From Armatimonadetes bacterium CG06_land_8_20_14_3_00_66_21 (GTDB lineage Bacteria; Armatimonadota; Abditibacteriia; CG2-30-66-41): DNA of 64,000 bases. Each line of letters begins with the position of its first letter. Within the stretch, counting starts at the first letter, position 1. Below are positions 47,070 through 56,761 of this stretch, one piece after another. The DNA lies in NCBI GenBank assembly GCA_002779825.1, contig PEVN01000374.1, positions 448 through 64,447 on the forward strand. The letters are read 5' to 3'. A model generated the notes under the pieces. It was not told where the DNA came from, ran no database searches, and was given only the letters and a program-made list of their open reading frames with translations. Both the position numbers and the translations under genes were made by a program.

Positions 47070-47904
47070 CGGCGGACGCCTCAGGCTGCCTCAGTAGCTG
47101 CTCCGCCAGGGCCAGGTCAGCGGGCTTGTCCACATCGAAGGCTACACTTGCGCCTGCCCTCACAACCGTTGCCCGACAGCCAAGAAGCTCCCCGACGCGC
47201 TCCGACGCCTGGTCCGCCGTCAGTCGGTGGCACAGGAGCCTGAGCACGAACGTCCACCCCAGCATGCGGCACAGGCTCCACGGCTTCTTCCGCAGCTCGA
47301 AGACGTCCCGAATGAGCTGGGCGTTGCGTTGCACCATGGCCCGGCTCATGAGCATGATGTTGCCGCCGGTGAAGGTGCCTTCTCGGATCGTGACGCAGGT
47401 GCGCTCCGTTCCGGGGTAGGCTGCCCCGCAGACACGTCGTTCGACCATTGAATAGACGAACTCCGCCTCCCGCGTGCTCGCCTGCCCGACGAAGAAATCC
47501 ACCTCCGTCGGGTCCAACAGCGGCAGGTCGGCGCTGACCGCCAGCACGTAGTCGGCCTCCGGCGCCTCAGCCACCCCTTGCAGCAGGTTCTCCACGAGGG
47601 AGTCGCCGCTTTCCGCCCACCGCGCGTGGGGCGCCGTGGCGGCAACCACGTGCTCCATCTCAGCCGGTCCCACGACCACGATGGACGAGAGGGACTGCGC
47701 CTCGCACAGCGGGCGCAGCGTGTGTTCGAGGAGCGAGGTGCCGGCGACTTCGAGGCAGGCTTTGGGCTGGGCGGGTCTCCCCTCTGCCAGGGAGCCCTTG
47801 AGCTCGCCGCCGGCAAGCAGGATCCCGACCACGACTGGGCCATTGCGAGGCAGGTCCGCCTGTGGTTCCGGCAAGGAACTCCCTCCCGCGCCGCCGACGC
47901 CCAT
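47059..47904 (-). CDS. MobA/CobY-like NTP-transferase-domain protein.
   Basis: GILLAGGELKGSL nucleotide-binding loop, SADLPLL motif, C-terminal FDVDKPADLALAEQLL. The stop overlaps the end of pth (convergent). Confidence 0.65.
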   Translation of the reverse strand: MGVGGAGGSSLPEPQADLPRNGPVVVGILLAGGELKGSLAEGRPAQPKACLEVAGTSLLEHTLRPLCEAQSLSSIVVVGPAEMEHVVAATAPHARWAESGDSLVENLLQGVAEAPEADYVLAVSADLPLLDPTEVDFFVGQASTREAEFVYSMVERRVCGAAYPGTERTCVTIREGTFTGGNIMLMSRAMVQRNAQLIRDVFELRKKPWSLCRMLGWTFVLRLLCHRLTADQASERVGELLGCRATVVRAGASVAFDVDKPADLALAEQLLRQPEASAATS

Positions 47905-47905
47905 G

Positions 47906-48319
47906 CTACTCGTCCTCGTCGCTCAATAGATTGTGGTCGTCCCTACCCAGGTCGTCGGTCTGCCTGAGACGCTCGAATCGGGAGGGGTACCCGCGGTCTT
48001 GCCCCTCCGAGTAACGGTACAGGTGCGGCTTCAAGAACGCTCTCCGCTGCACGTAGAGCGCGACGGTCATCAGGATGATAAAGAGCAGTTCTAGAGCGCG
48101 CCGGGTCGGCTGCAGAACAAAGTCGCCCACAAAGCCCCAGACCTGAGCGAAGTACAGGATCCGCTCGACCCCGTAGATCCCGATAGCGATGATGACAATT
48201 TGCCATGTTTGGCCGATGGCGCCGGTCTTGAGCAGCGAGTATAGCTGGATGGCAAGGATCACGCCGAAGATCGCCACGAGCAGGCAGAGCAACGCCATAA
48301 GTGACGAGAAAAGCTGCAT
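47906..48319 (-). CDS. Small integral membrane protein (3 predicted TM helices, acidic C-terminal tail), function unknown.
   Basis: ATG at 48319 (MQLFSSLMALLCLLVAIFGVILAIQLY). The stop is 2 nt before the next start. Confidence 0.55.
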   Translation of the reverse strand: MQLFSSLMALLCLLVAIFGVILAIQLYSLLKTGAIGQTWQIVIIAIGIYGVERILYFAQVWGFVGDFVLQPTRRALELLFIILMTVALYVQRRAFLKPHLYRYSEGQDRGYPSRFERLRQTDDLGRDDHNLLSDEDE

Positions 48320-48383
48320 TTGGTCAGTCCTCTGCCTCAGACGCGCGGCTCGACACCGCCAGCGCCGCCACGACGTTGGCGGG

Positions 48384-49367
48384 CTACCCCACCATGGCAC
48401 ACAGTCGATAGCTCTGGCAGACCTGCCGGGATTCCTCGCTCAGTCCTCTGACGGCACGGTCGAGGTACATCCGCGCCACAGGCTTCCCAACCATTTCCGC
48501 GACGCCCGCGTAGGCTCTAGCGAGCGCCAACTTGTACGTCTCCGCCAGTTCTTCCGGAGAGACTCGGCTGGGGCTGAAGTCGCGCATCCGGCCGCGGCGG
48601 ATCTCGATGGTCACACTGTGCCTCTTGAGAAAGTCGTTGGTCTCGCCTTCGGTGGCTCTGGCGGTAGCGTCGCCGACGAGTTTGTAGAACATCCACAGGA
48701 ACGCTTGCGAGATCATTGTGAAGGCGTGCTTGAGTTGCTGCTTCTCCTGATGCACCGCCTGCTCCAGGCTGAGCACCCCGTCGTCGCTCTCCAACAGCGA
48801 CTTCGGCACCAGCTTCTCGACTCCCGAGACGAACGCCTCTACGAGGTCCGGGTCGAGCTGCGCTCGCGCAGCCGTCTTGAGGCCCAGGAGCGCGCGGCTG
48901 GGCGCGAAGGGCGTGCGATGTGCCCGCGGGGAGGTCATCGCATCGAAGCACTCAGCGACCGCAATGATGCGACCGATCAGAGGGGTCTCTGTGCCCTTGG
49001 TTCCGGCCGGATAGCCGTTGCCGTCCCAGCGCTCGTGGTGCGACTCGACAAACGGGGCCAGTTCTTCCAGGTCGGGGAAGGTCCTCAGTAGCCGAGCGCC
49101 GGCCGTGGGGTGCTCGCGGATCTGCGAGAACTCCTCGGGGCTGAGGCGCCCAGGATTGGTCAGGACGGCCGCTTCCACCTGCAGATTCCCCGAATCGTGC
49201 AAGAGGGCCGCGCTCTCAACCCGCTCGATCTGGCTGTCGTCGCTCCCCAGTTCCCGGGCAATGGTGACCGCGCCCAAGGCGACAGAGCGGGCATGCCCGC
49301 GAGCAAACGGGTCTTTGGACTCGGCAAGCTGGACAAGGTGTTCAGTGGTTTCCGGGACAGCGCTCAT
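48384..49367 (-). CDS. HD-GYP-domain protein (probable cyclic-di-nucleotide phosphodiesterase) with an uncharacterised C-terminal domain.
   Basis: HARSVA.., LLHDSG, HHERWDGNGYPAG. About 150 aa after the catalytic domain has no recognisable motif. Confidence 0.8.
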   Translation of the reverse strand: MSAVPETTEHLVQLAESKDPFARGHARSVALGAVTIARELGSDDSQIERVESAALLHDSGNLQVEAAVLTNPGRLSPEEFSQIREHPTAGARLLRTFPDLEELAPFVESHHERWDGNGYPAGTKGTETPLIGRIIAVAECFDAMTSPRAHRTPFAPSRALLGLKTAARAQLDPDLVEAFVSGVEKLVPKSLLESDDGVLSLEQAVHQEKQQLKHAFTMISQAFLWMFYKLVGDATARATEGETNDFLKRHSVTIEIRRGRMRDFSPSRVSPEELAETYKLALARAYAGVAEMVGKPVARMYLDRAVRGLSEESRQVCQSYRLCAMVG

Positions 49368-49486
49368 CGCGATTCACAGTTCCTTCGGCACCCGTCGCTG
49401 GCGACGTAGGCACCGGCTGACTTGGGCGACGCTGTGTCGGCACGCAGGGCAGATGGCGGAATGGCCCCCGTCGGCTGACGGGACTC

Positions 49487-50353
49487 TCAGGACGTACGCT
49501 CCACGCCACGCGGCGTGGGATGGGCTACCTGCACTAGCGGGGCAAGTGCCCTCAGCGCGGCGCACGCTCGGACGGCTTGCTCTTCCGAGGGAAAAGCGCC
49601 AAACACTGCCGACCCGCTCCCCGTCATCGCGGCACCCAGCGCGCCTTGGCGCAGTAGGGCGTTCTTCAACTCCGCGATCTCCGGGCACACTGCAACGGCT
49701 GCGGGTTCGAGCACATTGTCGAACATCCTCGCGGCGTTGTCAATGTCGCTGTCGCGCAGGCAGCGGAGGAATCGCTCGTGGTCGGTCCGAGAAGGCGTAG
49801 GGCGCCGGTCGTAGGCGGCATAGGCCGCGGCTGTGCTCACCGGACGGCCGCCCTGGGCAACCACGAATACCCACCCTGCCGCGATGTCCACGGGCGCGAT
49901 TCGCTCACCGATTCCCTCCAGCATCGCGCCCCCCCCGGTCAAGAAGAACGGCACATCGGCCCCGAGCTTCACGGCCAAAGTGCGGAGGGTCCCCACCGGC
50001 AGAGTCAGCTCCCAGAGCTCGTCCAGGCCGATCAGCACGGCGGCGGCGTTCCCCGAGCCGCCGCCCAGACCGGCGCCAAGGGGGATGCGTTTCGTCAGCT
50101 CGACGTGCACGCCGTCACCAACGCCGGCCTCTGCTGCGAGCAGATTGGCGGCTCGAAGACACAGGTTGTCGGGAGTCTCCAACTCCGGCCAGTTACACGA
50201 CACGCGTGCCGGTGCCTCCGCACTCCGCAGCACAATCTCGTCCCACAGTGAGATGGTCTGGACGACGGACCGCAACTCGTGGTAGCCATCCGGTCGCCTC
50301 CCGAGAATCTCCAGGGTCAGGTTCAGCTTTGCGGAAGAGCGCAGCGCGATCAT
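49487..50353 (-). CDS. ispE: 4-diphosphocytidyl-2-C-methyl-D-erythritol kinase.
   Basis: AKLNLTLEILGRRPDGYHEL.S, and the GHMP loop IPLGAGLGGGSGNAAA. Confidence 0.9.
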   Translation of the reverse strand: MIALRSSAKLNLTLEILGRRPDGYHELRSVVQTISLWDEIVLRSAEAPARVSCNWPELETPDNLCLRAANLLAAEAGVGDGVHVELTKRIPLGAGLGGGSGNAAAVLIGLDELWELTLPVGTLRTLAVKLGADVPFFLTGGGAMLEGIGERIAPVDIAAGWVFVVAQGGRPVSTAAAYAAYDRRPTPSRTDHERFLRCLRDSDIDNAARMFDNVLEPAAVAVCPEIAELKNALLRQGALGAAMTGSGSAVFGAFPSEEQAVRACAALRALAPLVQVAHPTPRGVERTS

Positions 50354-51219
50354 GTGCTCATGGTTCGGCGGAGCCGGACAAACTCCTCCGGGCAGACCGC
50401 CTCCGCGCGCACCGCGGCGCCCAACCCAAGCTCCGTCAGCGCCGCAACTGCGCGGCTCGAGGGTCCCCAGCGCTCGCTGGCACCCAGCGCGTTGGCGAGG
50501 GTCTTCCGCCTCTGTGCGAAGGCAGCGCGGACCAGGCAGAGCACGTCTGCAGCTTCGTCGCCTGAGACCATCGGGAGGGTCAGCGGCGTCAGCTTCATAA
50601 TGGCCGACTCGACCTTCGGGCGGGGGGTGAAGCAGTTGGGCGACACGGTGCCTTCGATAGACACCCGGGCGGCCAGGGCGCAGGCGACGGCGAGGGGACC
50701 GTAGTCGCCGCCTCCCGGTGCCGCCCTCATTCGTTCGCCAACTTCACGCTGCACGGTGAGCACTGCGCAGCGGAGCCTGCCCACATGGGTCACCAGGTCG
50801 CGCAGCACGAGCTTGCTGATGCAATAGGGGAGATTGGAGACGACGCTCGCCGGGCGGTCTGGGCGCTCGGCGAGGAGTTCCGCAAGGCTCAACTCCCGCA
50901 GATCGCCCTGCACCCAGCGAATGTTCGCCACCCCCGCGTGTGCCGCCTGCGCCGCCTCGAGCAGTCGGCTGTCGATATCGACAGCGATGACCTGGGCGAC
51001 TCGGGGTGCCAACGCCCCGGCAACGACGCCGAGACCCGTACCCAGATCGAGCACGGTCTCGTCGCCCCGCAGGTCCGCCTGCCCCAGCAGCCTCTCGACC
51101 GTGTTCCGATCAATGAGGAAGTTCTGCCCACGCCCGCGCGACGGCACGACGCCGTGCTCCGCCAACAATGAGCGCACGACGCGAGTGGAGCATAGGTTCG
51201 GGTTCTCCGGCGTGGGCAT
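50350..51219 (-). CDS. rsmA: 16S rRNA (adenine1518/1519-N6)-dimethyltransferase.
   Basis: ATG at 51219. GQNFLID, the SAM loop VLDLGTGLGVVAG, and NLPYCIS. The upstream part of the track ORF is rejected as an extension. Confidence 0.9.
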   Translation of the reverse strand: MPTPENPNLCSTRVVRSLLAEHGVVPSRGRGQNFLIDRNTVERLLGQADLRGDETVLDLGTGLGVVAGALAPRVAQVIAVDIDSRLLEAAQAAHAGVANIRWVQGDLRELSLAELLAERPDRPASVVSNLPYCISKLVLRDLVTHVGRLRCAVLTVQREVGERMRAAPGGGDYGPLAVACALAARVSIEGTVSPNCFTPRPKVESAIMKLTPLTLPMVSGDEAADVLCLVRAAFAQRRKTLANALGASERWGPSSRAVAALTELGLGAAVRAEAVCPEEFVRLRRTMST

Positions 51220-51254
51220 GCCTGGGGCCAGCGGGGGGGGAGTCGTTCTGGTGG

Positions 51255-52112
51255 TCAATCCAGCAGGTAGACCTTGGCTTTTCGGCGACCTACCGCCAAG
51301 GCCGTCTGATGCGTCGCGTGGCAGAGATCGATCTTCTTCCCCTTGATCGCGCTGCCGGTGTCCGCCGCGATGGCGTATCCATACCCCTCGACGAACAGGC
51401 GGGTCCCGAACGGGATGATCCGGGGGTCGACTGCTACCACGCCGTACTGCGCACGCAGCCCGGTGGCTGTCCGGCCGTTGGCGTACTTCCCACAGCTCTG
51501 GGGGCCCGGACTGTACCCGGTTGCCTCCATCACGATGACCTTGCGGGGGCGCGGCATCGCGCGCGAGACGGAGGTCTGCAGTGCCCCGATCAGGACGACT
51601 TCGTTCTGGGGGGGCTCCACCGGGTTCTCTCGTACGAGCTTGCGAAGCGTCTCCTTGCCGTCCCTGCACCAGACCTCGTAGACGCGCTCCTGCTTGCCTT
51701 CTTGCCCCTCCTTGACGGTCTTCCGCAGGCCGGCTCTCAACTCCTCACTGTACTGGAATTCCCTGCCGAATGGCACCGGGCGCGACTCGATGACTTCTCG
51801 TCGCTGCACGCGCGTCACGACGATGGCGGCCCCTTTGGGCAGCGCGGCGCCCGCAGGCGGAGCGACCCGGTCCAAGGCGCTCAGCTTGACGCCGAGCTCG
51901 TCCAGAGCAGACGCGACGTCTGTTGCCCGCACCTTCCCGGTGAGGGTCTTCCCGTCTACGCGGACCCGCACGGCCGTTGTGGCTGCCGCCGATTGCGGCC
52001 CGGCTGCGCCGGTCGGTCTCTCGTCCGCGCGCACAGCAGGGAGGGTGACCAGAACCAAGAGCACTCCCCAATGACACCCCGGGCGCTTCCGCGCCCACGC
52101 GCTCGACACCAT
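51255..52112 (-). CDS. YabE-like DUF348-G5-3D domain cell-wall protein.
   Basis: Signal/TM segment, then a G5-like region (..TVKEGQEGKQERVYEV..), then the 3D domain (ATGYSPG..GRTATG...GVVAVDPRIIPFGTRLFVEGYGYAIAADTGSAIKG..IDL). Confidence 0.8.
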   Translation of the reverse strand: MVSSAWARKRPGCHWGVLLVLVTLPAVRADERPTGAAGPQSAAATTAVRVRVDGKTLTGKVRATDVASALDELGVKLSALDRVAPPAGAALPKGAAIVVTRVQRREVIESRPVPFGREFQYSEELRAGLRKTVKEGQEGKQERVYEVWCRDGKETLRKLVRENPVEPPQNEVVLIGALQTSVSRAMPRPRKVIVMEATGYSPGPQSCGKYANGRTATGLRAQYGVVAVDPRIIPFGTRLFVEGYGYAIAADTGSAIKGKKIDLCHATHQTALAVGRRKAKVYLLD

Positions 52113-52385
52113 CCTGCTTCGGTAACTGTCCCCTGTTTGCGGTCTATCTTGGGCGCGGTCCCCCAAAGGGGCGCGCCGTCTGTTCGACAATGCTTACGGC
52201 ACCTCCAAGTTGGCCCGGCCGGTACGCGGTAGTGCCCCTGGCAGCCGAGCTGTCCATCCCGGCCGAAGAACGCCTGTCGGCCGAGCAGCCCCTCCAGCGT
52301 GGTGGCCTACCTGAATCTGGTCCCTCACACTGGCCAACCGCGTAGTTTACCCGTGTCCGGCCCATCGGTCAATAGCCGCACACAA

Positions 52386-52397
52386 ACAAACGTTTGT
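52386..52397. promoter_or_regulatory. Perfect 12-bp palindrome ACAAACGTTTGT (LacI/PurR-type operator core).
   Basis: An AT-rich palindrome in a GC-rich intergenic region, 18-66 nt upstream of the possible starts of the PEGA/CBM9 gene. Confidence 0.4.
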
Positions 52398-52462
52398 AAC
52401 ACGGCACCGCAAATGTGCCGCGACCGCAGGTTCTGGGCGCCTGTTGGCGAAGTCTCAGACCC

Positions 52463-54004
52463 ATGAATCAGCGCCCCGCTCCTCTTCTTTGTCCCGTCAG
52501 TTCGCGGTCGTCAGTCGACGGTTTCGGGCCCCCTGTGACGCCGTGGAGGCCGCTGCTCCGCGGGATCGCCTGCTGCGTGGCGGCGGTCCTCTGTCCACGC
52601 TCTGCCATAGGAGCCGAGACCCCTCCGGCCTCGCTGGTGGTGACAACGGCGCCACCGGGGGCCAAGGTCCGTGTCGACGGGTACCTCAAGGGCGTCACCC
52701 CGGCGGAAGTGCGCGTGTCGGCGGCGCGGTGGGCACCCACCAGGCACCGACTGACTCTCGACCTGGACGGCCACGAGCGGTCAGACGAAGTGCTCTGGCT
52801 CCGGGCTGGAGAAGACCGAGTGGTCCGCCGAGGGCTCCGCAAGCGGGTGGACATGCCCGCACTGTTGGCTGGGTTCGTGCCGCCCGGGCCGGTGCTGGAG
52901 GGGTACGCGGCCGCCAACCTCGATGCTGACGGCGACACCGAACTGGTGGTGCTTGCCGCTGATCCGGCTGGGAACGCCACGCTGGTGGTCTACGATGTCC
53001 GCGAGGACGTTCTCGCCGAGTGCTACCGGGTGGCGGTGGGTGCACAGCCGCGTTCTCTGCTCCCGGTGGAGGACCTGACCGGCGACCTGATCCCTGAGGT
53101 GCTCTGCCTGAGTGCAGGGGGCAAGGCCGACCGCGTTCTCACGATCGTCGCTGCACGACCTGCCGGCGGACCGTTTGGCGTCATCTGTCGCTGCTCGTGC
53201 ACCGCGGCCGGTTGGCGGCTCTGCGACGTCAATGGCGATGGCGTGGCGGAAGTGCTCTTCTCGTCACCGGCATCCTCGCCGGTGAGCGGCACGATGGCGG
53301 GCTCTTCTCCCTCGCCTCAGTGGCGGTTGCTGCACTGGGACGGCGGGGAGTTCGTAGAGAGCCCTTCCTTTCCAGGGGCTGCTCTGCGTCCGTCAGAGCC
53401 CTTCCTGTGCCGGTCCGAGCGCGTCGAGCGCCTGGCCGAGAGCCCCTGGTCAGGTCTCGAACCACTCCTTCCGCTACCCGGCCGGGCCGCCGACACCGCG
53501 AGTGGGCGCTTCGCGGCGAGCTGGGACAGCAGCAAACACCTGATCTTGAGCATCGAGGTTGTGGACGGCAACGTGGTGCAGACTGAGGTGGGAACGCGCG
53601 CCGTCGCGGGGGATCATGTCGAGGTCTGGATCGACCGAGACTTGGCGGGGGACTTCGCCGAACGGGTACCAGACGCGGACGATGTCTGCCTGCTGCTGTC
53701 ACCGGGAGACTTCATGGGCATGCCTGCGGAGGTGGCGCTCCTGCGCCCGGAGACCCGGACGGTAGCAAACGCGCGGATCGAGTCGGAACGCACCGCCAAC
53801 GGGTACCGGCTCCTGGCGTACCTGCCGCACTCCGTGACCGGTCTCAGACCCCCGACGGACGGCGCCGCCGTTGGGTTCGCCGTAGCGGTCTACAACAGGG
53901 ACACGCCCGGGAAGCCTCCGGCCAAGCCCGTCTTGGCCAACAGCGGCGGCTACCTCGAGACCGACTGCACGACCTTCCGGTCCCTCGTCTTCGTGGGCGA
54001 CTGA
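52463..54004 (+). CDS. Exported PEGA-domain / FG-GAP-like / CBM9-like protein.
   Basis: Start uncertain: GTG 52415 or ATG 52463. PEGA segment (LVVTTAPPGAKVRVDGYLKGVTPAEVRV). DxDGD-type repeats (DADGDTELVV, DVNGDGVAEVL). C-terminal DHVEVWIDRD...GFAVAVYNRD is CBM9-like. Confidence 0.6.
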   Translation: MNQRPAPLLCPVSSRSSVDGFGPPVTPWRPLLRGIACCVAAVLCPRSAIGAETPPASLVVTTAPPGAKVRVDGYLKGVTPAEVRVSAARWAPTRHRLTLDLDGHERSDEVLWLRAGEDRVVRRGLRKRVDMPALLAGFVPPGPVLEGYAAANLDADGDTELVVLAADPAGNATLVVYDVREDVLAECYRVAVGAQPRSLLPVEDLTGDLIPEVLCLSAGGKADRVLTIVAARPAGGPFGVICRCSCTAAGWRLCDVNGDGVAEVLFSSPASSPVSGTMAGSSPSPQWRLLHWDGGEFVESPSFPGAALRPSEPFLCRSERVERLAESPWSGLEPLLPLPGRAADTASGRFAASWDSSKHLILSIEVVDGNVVQTEVGTRAVAGDHVEVWIDRDLAGDFAERVPDADDVCLLLSPGDFMGMPAEVALLRPETRTVANARIESERTANGYRLLAYLPHSVTGLRPPTDGAAVGFAVAVYNRDTPGKPPAKPVLANSGGYLETDCTTFRSLVFVGD

Positions 54005-54019
54005 CTCCACGGCCGACGT

Positions 54020-54412
54020 TCAGTAAATGGTTCCGTCGTCGGCGCCGCCACCGCCCATGCCGCCGCCGTCCATGCCGCCTTCTTCATCCAGCTCGCCGCG
54101 AGCCTCGGCCTCGATCATCTCCTCGAACTCCCCCGAGAAGTCCTCGCCCATTTCGCTGCCCAACTCGCGGCCCATCTTGCGGGCCCACTGCCGGACCTGC
54201 TTCGGGTCGTCCAGGTCGCCCATCTTGGTGGGGTCGGCCAGACTCTCGAGCATGTCGTCTTCCGAACGGAGCCGCGAGACTCTGGAGATCAGCTTCTGGA
54301 GGTCTTTGCTCTTGCACTGGGGGCAGGCGGGCTTCGGGTTGTCCGCGATCATCCCCACGAGGTATGTGAAGCGCTTGCTGCACTGGGTGCAGCGGTACTC
54401 GTACAACGGCAT
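54020..54412 (-). CDS. FmdB-family zinc-ribbon protein with an acidic, Gly-rich tail.
   Basis: MPLYEYRCTQCSKRF...CPQCKSKDLQKLIS is the CxxC..CxxC pattern. Confidence 0.8.
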   Translation of the reverse strand: MPLYEYRCTQCSKRFTYLVGMIADNPKPACPQCKSKDLQKLISRVSRLRSEDDMLESLADPTKMGDLDDPKQVRQWARKMGRELGSEMGEDFSGEFEEMIEAEARGELDEEGGMDGGGMGGGGADDGTIY

Positions 54413-54514
54413 TCGTCCTTCACCCTTCCAACGGCTACTGACACGCTCGGCGTGCCAGCCTCTCGGCGCCGGGCGGCTGGAACCGACCTCCGCACGGGTG
54501 CACTCCAGCGAGGC

Positions 54515-56761
54515 CTACTTCTTCACCCGCACCAGCACCCGCAGCTTCTTGACGACATACTGGTTGGCGTTGGCCACGAATGTCCAGTCGCGGGTGCGCT
54601 CATCGGCGCTGCTGTTGCCGATGCCAATGTTGGCGCCGGCGCCCGACTTCCAGCTATTGAACGCGAAGATCGTCTGCTTCGCCTCGCAGTTGTGGACCTG
54701 CATGCAGCCGTAGCCGTCTTCGGGATCTACACGCTGGTCGCCAAAGTCCCAGAGCGCGTCCGAGGCGTCCGGGATGCTGGCGGAGTTGGTTGGACCGTAG
54801 TTGTGCGGCCAGAACTCGATATTGCCACCCGCCAGACCCTCGCCGGTAGCGATGCCGGCCACGCTGCAAAGGACATTCATGTTGGTCACCTTCTGCTGGA
54901 ACACGGCCTTGGATGCCAGCGTCGGCACGCCGATCTTGGCCAGGTCGTCGGTGAAGGCGTCCATGGACACGTAGACCCACTGTGTCTGCTCGCCGGCTTT
55001 CTGCAACTCCAGGAAGTAGGCAATGCGGTCGAACGCCCCCGCGACGCGAGCGCGGAGGTCCTGGTCGTAGACGATCTCTCTGGCTGCCTTGGCGAGGTCG
55101 AGCTCATAGACGAGCTGGTAGTCCTTCGCTTCCGCGACTTTCAGCGCGAGGTAGTCGCGCTCCGGCACGGTGCCGGCCCGGAAGGGCCATGCGGGCAGCC
55201 CCTCCTTGTTCATCAGGTTGGGCTCGGCGAGCTTGTTCCAGGCGAACTGAACAGCCACCGGCGCCTTCACCTCGGGCGCGGTGAGCACAACGGTATCGCC
55301 CTCGATCACCGCGTCCGCCTTCGCGAAGTCGGTGTCCGCGCCAATGATCTCGAACCACGTCAGCGGCTGCCCGTCACGCGAAGCCAAGCCGCCGCCCACG
55401 TCGTCGAACTGCACTCGCAGCTTGTTGCCGTCCGGCTTCAGCGCCTTGAATGTCGGGCCCGAGCAGACCACGTCGGCTTTGCCGTACGTCTTCGCCAGGG
55501 CCAGCAGACCCAGGCGCCGACCGACTTCCTGCTTGTTCTTGGGGTGGATGTCCTGCGTGTTGCCCACGTCGTTGATCACGGCCATCCCGGTGTTGGGAAT
55601 CTCCAGCGCAGCAGCCTGCGCCTCCCAGAATTCGGCCGTGATGTACGGGTTCTCGTTGCCGTACTGGTACGGCGCGATCTGGACGTAGTAGTATGCGAGG
55701 GTGTCGTCGCCCCACACTTGCCGCCAGCCGGCCACCAATGCCTTTGTCTTCTCGGTGTAGAGCTTGCCCTCGCCGTGGTTGGACTCGCCCTGATACCAGA
55801 TGGCCCCGCGCATGGCGAAGGGCACCAGCGCGTGGATCATGCCGTTGTAGAGCGTCGTCGGCTGCTGCTGCGGCTGCTCCCGACTTGTTAGCGGCAGCAG
55901 TTCCTTCGGGTACTCCGGGATGGGCTGCAGCACGGTTTCGTCGGCCAGCGCCTGCCGCGCGGTCTTGGTCCACCCTTCGGCCGTTTCGAGGTACTTGGCC
56001 AGTGCTTCCTTATGCAGGTCGGCCGCGGGGTCGGTCAGTAGGACCTGCTTCTGAATGTCGGCCAAGGCAGGCACCGCCGCAAACCCAGCCGGCGGCGTCC
56101 ACGGCTCGATGCGCGTGCCGCCCCACGAGGAGTTGATCAGCCCGATTGGCACATTCAGCTCCTTGTGCAGGTACCGCCCGAAGAAGTAGCCACACGCCGA
56201 AAACCCGCCAACGGTCTCGGGGCTGCAGACCTTCCAGTCGGCGTTCACGTCTTTCACGGGCAGCGGCTGCGGCACCAGTGGAACCGAGAGCAGCCGGATG
56301 TTCGGGTACTGCGCCGCGGCGATCTCCTCCGGCGCGTTCAGCGACCCGGCCACCGACATCTGCATGTTGGACTGCCCCGAGCACAACCACACCTCGCCGA
56401 CCCTCACGTTGTCCAGTGTGACTTCGTTGTTGCCGGTTACCTTCATCGCAAACGGCCCGCCCGCTTCTCTCGCCGGCAGCGCCACTCGCCACTCGCCCTG
56501 GTCGTTGGCAGTGGTCGTCACCGGCGGGCCGTCCGCCAACTGCACCGAGACCTTCTCGCCCGCCGCCGCCCATCCCCACACCGGCAGTGGCTTCCGCCGC
56601 TGCAGCACCATGTTGCTGCCAAACACATGCGGCAGCGTCACCTCTGCCCGCACCGGAAGTGCGCCGGCGATAAGCGCTAAACTGACAAACAACCACGAGT
56701 TAGACGACCGTTTGTGCCATTGCACTTGGAGAGTTCCTTCCCAGGGGGAGTGCTTCCGCAC
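54515..56761 (-). CDS. Sialate O-acetylesterase-like (SASA/DUF303) carbohydrate esterase with additional C-terminal domains.
   Basis: Signal peptide. LPHVFGSNMVLQR, GEVWLCSGQSNM (catalytic Ser block), WYQGESN. Confidence 0.8.
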   Translation of the reverse strand: MRKHSPWEGTLQVQWHKRSSNSWLFVSLALIAGALPVRAEVTLPHVFGSNMVLQRRKPLPVWGWAAAGEKVSVQLADGPPVTTTANDQGEWRVALPAREAGGPFAMKVTGNNEVTLDNVRVGEVWLCSGQSNMQMSVAGSLNAPEEIAAAQYPNIRLLSVPLVPQPLPVKDVNADWKVCSPETVGGFSACGYFFGRYLHKELNVPIGLINSSWGGTRIEPWTPPAGFAAVPALADIQKQVLLTDPAADLHKEALAKYLETAEGWTKTARQALADETVLQPIPEYPKELLPLTSREQPQQQPTTLYNGMIHALVPFAMRGAIWYQGESNHGEGKLYTEKTKALVAGWRQVWGDDTLAYYYVQIAPYQYGNENPYITAEFWEAQAAALEIPNTGMAVINDVGNTQDIHPKNKQEVGRRLGLLALAKTYGKADVVCSGPTFKALKPDGNKLRVQFDDVGGGLASRDGQPLTWFEIIGADTDFAKADAVIEGDTVVLTAPEVKAPVAVQFAWNKLAEPNLMNKEGLPAWPFRAGTVPERDYLALKVAEAKDYQLVYELDLAKAAREIVYDQDLRARVAGAFDRIAYFLELQKAGEQTQWVYVSMDAFTDDLAKIGVPTLASKAVFQQKVTNMNVLCSVAGIATGEGLAGGNIEFWPHNYGPTNSASIPDASDALWDFGDQRVDPEDGYGCMQVHNCEAKQTIFAFNSWKSGAGANIGIGNSSADERTRDWTFVANANQYVVKKLRVLVRVKK

